Source: Oligoflexia bacterium (GTDB lineage: Bacteria; Bdellovibrionota; Bdellovibrionia; JABDDW01). Taken from it: a stretch of 34,387 bases of DNA. The DNA lies in NCBI GenBank assembly GCA_043732305.1, contig JAYTHU010000091.1, positions 1-34,387 of the forward strand. Direction: 5' to 3'. Below are positions 28,465 to 34,387 of this stretch, piece after piece (within the stretch, counting starts at the first letter, position 1; each line of letters starts with the position of its first letter). The notes beneath the pieces are model-generated. The model worked only from the letters and a program-made list of their open reading frames with translations, searched no databases and was not told the origin of the DNA. Position numbers and translations under genes: made by a program.

Positions 28465-28498
28465 AAAAAAAAACCTGAGATATTTATCTCAGGTTTTT
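28465..28498 (-). terminator. Rho-independent terminator downstream of phaR
   Basis: Stem CCTGAGAT/ATCTCAGG with a 4-nt loop, followed by T9 on the minus strand and T5 on the plus strand. Confidence 0.8.
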
Positions 28499-28520
28499 AT
28501 AACAGATTTCAACTTCGATT

Positions 28521-29081
28521 TTAGTTATCGAGTGAAAATTCTTTGATTTTAGATTCGATGTTCACGAGCTTCTGTTGAAGATTACTGATGCTTTCTTTCA
28601 CGTTGCCCACTGCGCCTTTGCTGGCTTGAGACAAACGATACTCAATTTTTTTCTGCATATCGTCAAATGAACGGGTGGTGTTTTCCAGAAGTTCTTTGAC
28701 GTAAGTGCTGACTTCAACTTGTACGCCATCAGCATTAATGCCCATGGGCTTGTTGAGAGCCTTTTCCAAATAGCTAGAAATGCTTCCCGTGCCGGTTTGG
28801 ATAATTTCTCGCAAAGTGTCTATGGAAATGAAATTCTTAGCTTTCTTTTCAGCTTCAAAAATAATTTGCGTCAAAGTGGAACTAGTGATGTCCTTTTTAG
28901 TTTTGTTATCTATGACAAGCACTTCCTCGTTAGCTCGGATCATCTTCGCGATGTCCTCTAGCGTTACATAACAGCTCTGTTGGGTATCGTACAATTTTCG
29001 ATTTTGATATCGCTTGATCACCTTAGTATTGGGATTGGTTACGATGACTGGAACTTGTGGTTGTAGTGTCTGGTTTTCCAA
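28521..29081 (-). CDS. phaR: Polyhydroxyalkanoate synthesis regulator PhaR-like DNA-binding protein
   Basis: PHB_acc_N signature VIKRYQNRKLYDT..SCYVTLEDI...V.D.KT..DIT..TLTQIIFE, C-terminal coiled coil, AGGAGG RBS with a TTG start. Confidence 0.85.
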   Translation of the reverse strand: MENQTLQPQVPVIVTNPNTKVIKRYQNRKLYDTQQSCYVTLEDIAKMIRANEEVLVIDNKTKKDITSSTLTQIIFEAEKKAKNFISIDTLREIIQTGTGSISSYLEKALNKPMGINADGVQVEVSTYVKELLENTTRSFDDMQKKIEYRLSQASKGAVGNVKESISNLQQKLVNIESKIKEFSLDN

Positions 29082-29136
29082 AACATCCTCCTATGGCACA
29101 CGCCGCTAGCAATTAATAATTAGTGAAAACAAGGTG

Positions 29137-29164
29137 AACATACACCCGCGTCACATGATGTCAA
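29137..29164 (-). promoter_or_regulatory. Putative sigma70 promoter of phaR
   Basis: Minus strand TTGACA-N16-TATGTT. Confidence 0.5.
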
Positions 29165-29221
29165 GTATGTTGTGAGGCGTCTAGATATAGATGCGTAGCA
29201 GCAGGAAAAGGTTAAGTGAGC

Positions 29222-29248
29222 TTTAGTTTCTGGACCTTATGCCGAATA
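29222..29248 (+). promoter_or_regulatory. Putative sigma28/FliA promoter
   Basis: TTTAGTTT-N11-GCCGAATA versus consensus TAAAGTTT-N11-GCCGATAA. Confidence 0.55.
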
Positions 29249-29297
29249 AGGATTGTAAAGTTATTTTTGTCCATCATATATCCCTGGGGGGGGCTTT

Positions 29298-29804
29298 CTG
29301 AAAACTAAGTTAAATCAAAGGTTTAAGACGCTAGATTTCGTGTTAATGGTTCTGAGTGTCACGGTCATTGCCGCCGTAGCAATTCCTATTATCGAATTAC
29401 AATCTGATGGTAATCATGCAGATATAGTAAAAGCTAAAACCGAAACAGAAAATTTAGCTCGCAGACTTGTAACTGGCGGCCGCGTCATGACCGCTGGATC
29501 TTCGATTAACTCTAAAAAGGGTCGAACCATCGCCAGCGTCCTGCCTGTTTCAATTGTTTCTCCGGCTTCGCTAGTTTCCATCGACGCGCTTGCAGGCAGT
29601 TATGGCAAAGATCCATGGGGTCAGCCTTACCATTTCCAATTTTTGAAAAACAAATTGGGAGCGCCCGCGCAACTTGCGGTGTGGAGCGATGGACCGAGCA
29701 AAATTCATCATACCGCTGAATTGAAACTCTCAGATCCCAACGGTGTGGAAGATATAAATTTTGATAAAAGCGGGACCGTCATTTCAAAGGTTTCGATCAG
29801 ATAA
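29298..29804 (+). CDS. GspG/pseudopilin-like protein with degenerate prepilin leader
   Basis: In-frame CTG at 29298 after a G8 RBS gives MKTKLNQRFKTLDFVLMVLSVTVIAAVAIP. C-terminal DPWGQPY...WSDGP is the T2SSG motif. ORF-track start is GTG 29340. Confidence 0.62.
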   Translation: MKTKLNQRFKTLDFVLMVLSVTVIAAVAIPIIELQSDGNHADIVKAKTETENLARRLVTGGRVMTAGSSINSKKGRTIASVLPVSIVSPASLVSIDALAGSYGKDPWGQPYHFQFLKNKLGAPAQLAVWSDGPSKIHHTAELKLSDPNGVEDINFDKSGTVISKVSIR

Positions 29805-29860
29805 AAAATATCTTTGAGCAACTACTAAAGTCCAGACTTTCTGAACGCTCAGATTTTTGA

Positions 29861-29888
29861 TCAAGTCCCTCCAAACACTCTCCGAACA
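29861..29888 (+). promoter_or_regulatory. Putative sigma28/FliA promoter
   Basis: TCAA-N16-TCCGAACA, same spacing as the 15493 site, followed by an AGGAG RBS and ATG 29909. Confidence 0.45.
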
Positions 29889-29908
29889 ATCAATGTAGGA
29901 GATAAAAT

Positions 29909-31731
29909 ATGAAAAATTCTTGGTCATTATTTTTGGTTTTAGGATTGGTTGCCGGAGCTCTGACTTCTTGCTCTACAGGGCCTTTCAAATCAAAAGCCGT
30001 TTCAACTGCTGCTGACAAATCTTTGTCTGAGGCTGGAACAACTCCTTCTGCGCCAGATTACAATCCTCAACGTATCGATCCTTCGTTTGTGCGCACCCAA
30101 GCGGATTATCATTTTACTCTCGGCGAAACTTACGCCCTCGAGGGCTCCGTCGATAAAGCAATCGAAGAGTACAAGCTCACATTGATTTATGATCCCAATA
30201 GTTCAATCGTCAGGCTTAAACTCGCTGGTGAGTATGTGAAACGTGGCGATTTAGTTCAGGCCGTCGATCAAGGGGAAGAAGCTGCAAAGCTTGATGACAA
30301 AATGGTATCTGCACATTCGTTTTTGGGAAATCTGTACACCATCAGCAAACTTTATGACAAAGCGATTTCTGAATATGAAAAAACAATCAAACTTGATCCC
30401 ACTAACAATGATGCGCCCTTGTACATTGGTGCAATCTTGGCAGAAGAGAAAAAGTTTGACGAGAGCGTGGCGTATTTTAAAAAATTAGGAAAAACTTCCA
30501 AGCAGCCTTTTCTCAGTTTCTATTACATGGGACGCATTGAACAAGAGCGCAAAAACGATAAAGAAGCCGAAGCTGATTTTAAAAAAGCGATCGAACTCAA
30601 GCCCAACTTTCTAGATGCAGTTTCTACTTTAGGCGCACTGTATGAAGGGCAAAATAAAACTGATTTAGCCGTTAAGATTTACACTGCCTATGAAAATAAG
30701 AATGAGAAATCATCCAAGCTCGCCTACAACCTTGGTCGAATTTTCATGGAACGCAAAAAGTATGGAGACGCTTACAAGCAATTTGCAATCATTGAAGATA
30801 TGGAGCCAGACAATCTCAACGTGAAAGTTAAAATGGCCCTCATTTTAATCGAACAGAAAAAATATCAGCCAGCGATCAGTAAACTTCGTGAAATTTTAGT
30901 GCAAGCTCCTGAATCAGAAAAAATTAGGTTTTATCTCGCTGCAGTTTATGAAGAAGTGAAGAGTTTCCACGAAGCAGCAGAGCAGTTTGAAGTCATTCAA
31001 CCGACCAGCACCCTTACGGTAAAGCGGTAGTTCACGCGGCTTATGATTATAAAACTATGGGTAGCACAAGCAAAGCGATTGATTTGATGGAAGCGGCTAT
31101 TGCAAAAAAAGCTGACATCCCTCAGTTCTATACTTTTTACGCCAGCCTTCTCGATGATGACAAGCAAGTGGCAAAAGCATTAGGAGTTTTGGCCGGCGCA
31201 GCGAAACTGTTCGAGAAAAATGATCAGATCTTTTTCTTTTTAGGTTCGATTCAAGATAAATCAGGCATGAGAAAAGAATGCCTAGAATCGATGAAAAAAT
31301 CTATCGAGCTCAATCCCGAGAATGTCCAAGCACTAAACTATCTTGGTTACACGATGACCGATATGGATGATCACTTGGTGGACGCGCAAAAATATATTGA
31401 ACGTGCGCTTAAACTAAAACCTCAAGATGCATACATCACCGATTCCTACGGCTGGTTGTTGTTTCGAGAAGGAAAATTTAAAGAATCCATCACAGTTTTA
31501 GAGGGTGCATACAAACTCAAGACTGACGAAGCCATTATTGCAGAGCATCTTGGAGATGCTTACTTGCGATTCAGTTTGCCTGACAAAGCTCGACAGATGT
31601 ATATTCGAGCTGCTACACTTGAGACCGATGAGAAAAATCTGAAGAAGATAAAGGGCAAGATTGCAGACATTGACACGATCAGCAAACCAGAACGCAGTTC
31701 CGCCTCTGTTGAAGAAAGTTCCAGCAAATAA
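29909..31731 (+). CDS. Tetratricopeptide-repeat lipoprotein, split by a single frameshift near 31010-31015
   Basis: Lipobox LTSC and continuous TPRs. The second frame reads YGKAVVHAAYDYKTMG... upstream of ATG 31057. Adding one base gives ~607 aa ending in ALNYLGY..DSYGW..AEHLGD. Confidence 0.85.
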
Positions 31732-32401
31732 AAAGTTTGCTGGGGTTTCGTTCGGCATTGGGTTTGTTTTCGCAGCGTCTTTAGCTTTGATTTTATCTTC
31801 TTGCTCGACTGTTCCGAATTCGGCTTCGTCAACTTCCGACACCTCGAAAAATTCAAAATTTAGACCTCAGGCACTTTCTTCTGATCTTGTTTATGAAGAT
31901 GCCAAACACAGTTTCAAACTCAAAGCTGACATTTACGTCTTGGCCATGGATTACGTACGCATTGACGTGCGGACTCAACTAGATTTTCCACTCGCTTCTT
32001 TATTGATGAGTGATGACAAATTGGAATTCGTCAATTACAGAGACAAGAAATATTTTTCGGGAAAACCTGGACCTCATGCATTAGACTCGGTGATTCCTTT
32101 GGATATATCTGCATCTGATTTGGTTTCGGTTGTTCAAGAGCGACCGACGCACGGTCAAAAGTGCATTTACCAAGATTCCAAAATTGCTTCTTGTGTCGGC
32201 GCAGCAGGACCAACGTCCTATAGGGTGACCTGGTCGAAGCGCGATTCAACTAGCCCTTGGTCTGGGAAAGCTAAGAAAATGGTTATCCAAATTCCAAATA
32301 GGAAGATTTCTTTGCTTTTTTATTTCACCGAATGGCAAAAAAACTTGTCTAAGGTAGAGGGGCTCACTTCTCTGAACGTGCCAGAGGATTTTCACAAATA
32401 A
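31709..32401 (+). CDS. LolB-like/DUF4292-like lipoprotein
   Basis: Lipobox LSSC, beta-rich VRIDVRTQLDFPLASL..LEFVNYRDKKYFSG, located directly after the TPR gene. Start uncertain (TTG 31661 or 31709). Confidence 0.55.
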   Translation: MKKVPANKKFAGVSFGIGFVFAASLALILSSCSTVPNSASSTSDTSKNSKFRPQALSSDLVYEDAKHSFKLKADIYVLAMDYVRIDVRTQLDFPLASLLMSDDKLEFVNYRDKKYFSGKPGPHALDSVIPLDISASDLVSVVQERPTHGQKCIYQDSKIASCVGAAGPTSYRVTWSKRDSTSPWSGKAKKMVIQIPNRKISLLFYFTEWQKNLSKVEGLTSLNVPEDFHK

Positions 32402-32405
32402 CTCA

Positions 32406-32434
32406 TTGAACCCATGAAGTAATAATTAGATAAT
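32406..32434 (+). promoter_or_regulatory. Putative sigma70 promoter of prkA
   Basis: TTGAAC-N17-GATAAT, followed by an AGGGGGG RBS. Confidence 0.45.
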
Positions 32435-32457
32435 AGCACTAGGGGGGACTCTCATCT

Positions 32458-34387
32458 ATGACGATCAATCTTCAAGATATCATCAATAAATCCCAAGCCA
32501 GCGGACAGCAACAATACAAAGACGTTTTCTGGAAAGGCACCTTTTCAGATTACCTCAACCTGGTAAAAGAAAATCCTGAGGTCACCCGTACCGCGTATCA
32601 AAGACTTTATGACATGATCATAAGCTTTGGATTCAGCGAGTACAAAGATTTCAAAAAACAAGTTTTTCATTATAAGTTTTTTGATGACGAAAAAAATGGC
32701 GGAAAAGATGCCGTCTTCGGATTAGATATTCCGCTAATGAAACTCGTGAATGTTTTCAAAGCCGCCGCTGAAGGTTATGGCACTGAAAAACGAGTCATCC
32801 TTTTGCATGGTCCCGTTGGAAGTTCAAAATCCACGATCGTCCGCTCAATAAAAAAAGGTGTTGAAGATTATTCCAAAACTAAAGAAGGCGCTCTCTACAC
32901 TTTCGTTTGGACTGATAAGGGCAAAGAGCGCCACGGACTTCTCGGAAAAGAAATCACCGAGATGATGACTCCCATGCATGAGGAACCTTTGAGACTTTTG
33001 CCTCCCGATTTGAGAGACAGAGTCGTCGAAGAAATCAATCGCGGCAACAGGAGTAAATATAAAGTCAAAATCGACGGCGATGTTTGTCCTGCCAGCCGCT
33101 ACGTTTTCAAAGAACTGATGGTTAAATATGATGGAGATGTTTCCAAAGTTTTGGAACACATCGAGGTCAGACGTTTTGTTTTGAGCGAAGCGGACAGAGT
33201 AGGTATTGGAACGTTTCAACCCAAAGACGAAAAGAACCAAGATTCCACCGAGCTTACTGGTGACATCAATTATCGAAAGATCGCAGAGTATGGTTCTGAT
33301 TCAGATCCCAGAGCTTTCAATTTTGACGGGGAATTCAATATTGCCAACCGCGGGATCATTGAGTTTGTCGAAGTATTAAAATTAGATGTGGCGTTCTTGT
33401 ACGATCTTTTGGGAGCTTCACAAGAGCATAAGATCAAGCCCAAAAAGTTTGCCCAAACTGATATTGATGAAGTCATCATTGGTCACACCAATGAACCCGA
33501 GTATCGCAGGTTGCAGAACAACGAATTCATGGAAGCGCTCCGTGACCGTACGGTTAAAATCGATATCCCATACATCACTAAGCTCAAAGAGGAAGTGAAG
33601 ATCTATCAAAAAGATTTCAATTCCAAAAAGCTTAAGGGAAAATCCATTGCTCCCCACACGATTGAAGTGGCAGCTATGTGGGCTATTCTGACTCGTTTAG
33701 AATCACCTAAAAAAGCAAATCTGACCAAGCTTCAGAAGCTAAAACTTTACGATGGCAAAACTTTGCCAGGTTTCACCGAAGACAACGTGAAAGAGCTTAG
33801 AAAAGAATCCATTCGTGAAGGTCTCGATGGAATTTCACCTCGTTATATTCAAGATAAAATTTCAAATGCTTTAGTTAACGCTAAACATGGTGGAGATTTA
33901 GGCTGCATCAATCCTTTCATGGTCATGAATGAACTTGAAAGCGGATTAAAACATCACAGCTTAATCGCCAATGAAGAAAAAAAGAAAATGTTTAGAGAAC
34001 TCTTGGATGTTGTTAAGCAAGAGTATGACGAGATCGTCAAAGGTGAAGTGCAAAGAGCAATCAGTGCCGATGAAAATGCGCTGGGAAGACTTTGCTCTAA
34101 TTACATTGATAACATCAAAGCCTACACTCAGCGCGAGCGTTTGAAAAACAAGTATACTGGCCAAGATGAAGAACCTGACGAGCGCTTGATGAGATCAATC
34201 GAAGAAAAAATTGATATCCCTGAAAGTCGCAAAGATGATTTCAGACGAGAAATCATGAATTATATTGGCGCACTTTCACTCGATGGAAAAATTTTTGATT
34301 ACAAAACCAATGAGCGTTTGCATAAAGCGCTCGAGTTGAAACTTTTTGAAGACCAAAAAGATTCTATTAAACTTGCGAGCCTCGTGA
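32458..34387 (+). CDS. prkA: PrkA/YeaG family AAA+ serine protein kinase (partial, runs off window; absent from ORF track)
   Basis: MTINLQD...[12 protein letters not shown]...[11 protein letters not shown], Walker [60 protein letters not shown]. 643 codons with no stop seen. Confidence 0.95.
   Translation, partial: MTINLQDIINKSQASGQQQYKDVFWKGTFSDYLNLVKENPEVTRTAYQRLYDMIISFGFSEYKDFKKQVFHYKFFDDEKNGGKDAVFGLDIPLMKLVNVFKAAAEGYGTEKRVILLHGPVGSSKSTIVRSIKKGVEDYSKTKEGALYTFVWTDKGKERHGLLGKEITEMMTPMHEEPLRLLPPDLRDRVVEEINRGNRSKYKVKIDGDVCPASRYVFKELMVKYDGDVSKVLEHIEVRRFVLSEADRVGIGTFQPKDEKNQDSTELTGDINYRKIAEYGSDSDPRAFNFDGEFNIANRGIIEFVEVLKLDVAFLYDLLGASQEHKIKPKKFAQTDIDEVIIGHTNEPEYRRLQNNEFMEALRDRTVKIDIPYITKLKEEVKIYQKDFNSKKLKGKSIAPHTIEVAAMWAILTRLESPKKANLTKLQKLKLYDGKTLPGFTEDNVKELRKESIREGLDGISPRYIQDKISNALVNAKHGGDLGCINPFMVMNELESGLKHHSLIANEEKKKMFRELLDVVKQEYDEIVKGEVQRAISADENALGRLCSNYIDNIKAYTQRERLKNKYTGQDEEPDERLMRSIEEKIDIPESRKDDFRREIMNYIGALSLDGKIFDYKTNERLHKALELKLFEDQKDSIKLASLV

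Noticed and set aside
32845..34164. Short ORFs listed in the last 2 kb
   Set aside because: They overlap the continuous prkA reading frame.

Overview
Bacterial chromosomal window, moderately AT-rich and most consistent with Bdellovibrionota/Oligoflexia. This assignment is inferred from a stand-alone mreB without mreCD, PrkA, an orphan PhaR, many signal-peptide orphans and FliA-type promoters. The core scaffold is xseA, xseB, dxs, tlyA, a patatin-fold lipoprotein, pepP, a HAD hydrolase, a CaCA antiporter, glpD, a POT transporter, AMP nucleosidase, mreB with a coupled degenerate ECF sigma, anti-sigma-like protein and histidine kinase, a JAB/RadC protein, lpoB with COG3014, a patatin, a beta-barrel OMP, phaR, a GspG-like protein, a frameshifted TPR lipoprotein, a LolB-like lipoprotein and prkA (runs off the end and is absent from the ORF track). 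Several secreted orphans are interspersed. No rRNA, tRNA, CRISPR array or mobile element was recognised. The most notable observations are: (1) an unannotated, frameshifted tandem paralogue pair of secreted proteins (26215-27662) that shares a signal peptide plus C-x3-[LI]-x2-[LI] N-terminus and a sigma54-like near-leaderless promoter layout with another orphan at 9623; (2) mreB tightly linked to a degenerate sigma/anti-sigma/kinase trio; (3) a catalytically dead patatin lipoprotein; (4) a DXS with a naturally shortened loop and no ispA; (5) a clamp-motif-like N-terminal tail on XseA; (6) an AGGA-repeat leader plus a structured segment upstream of an XRE regulator. All family calls come from reading motifs by eye; no database searches were run.
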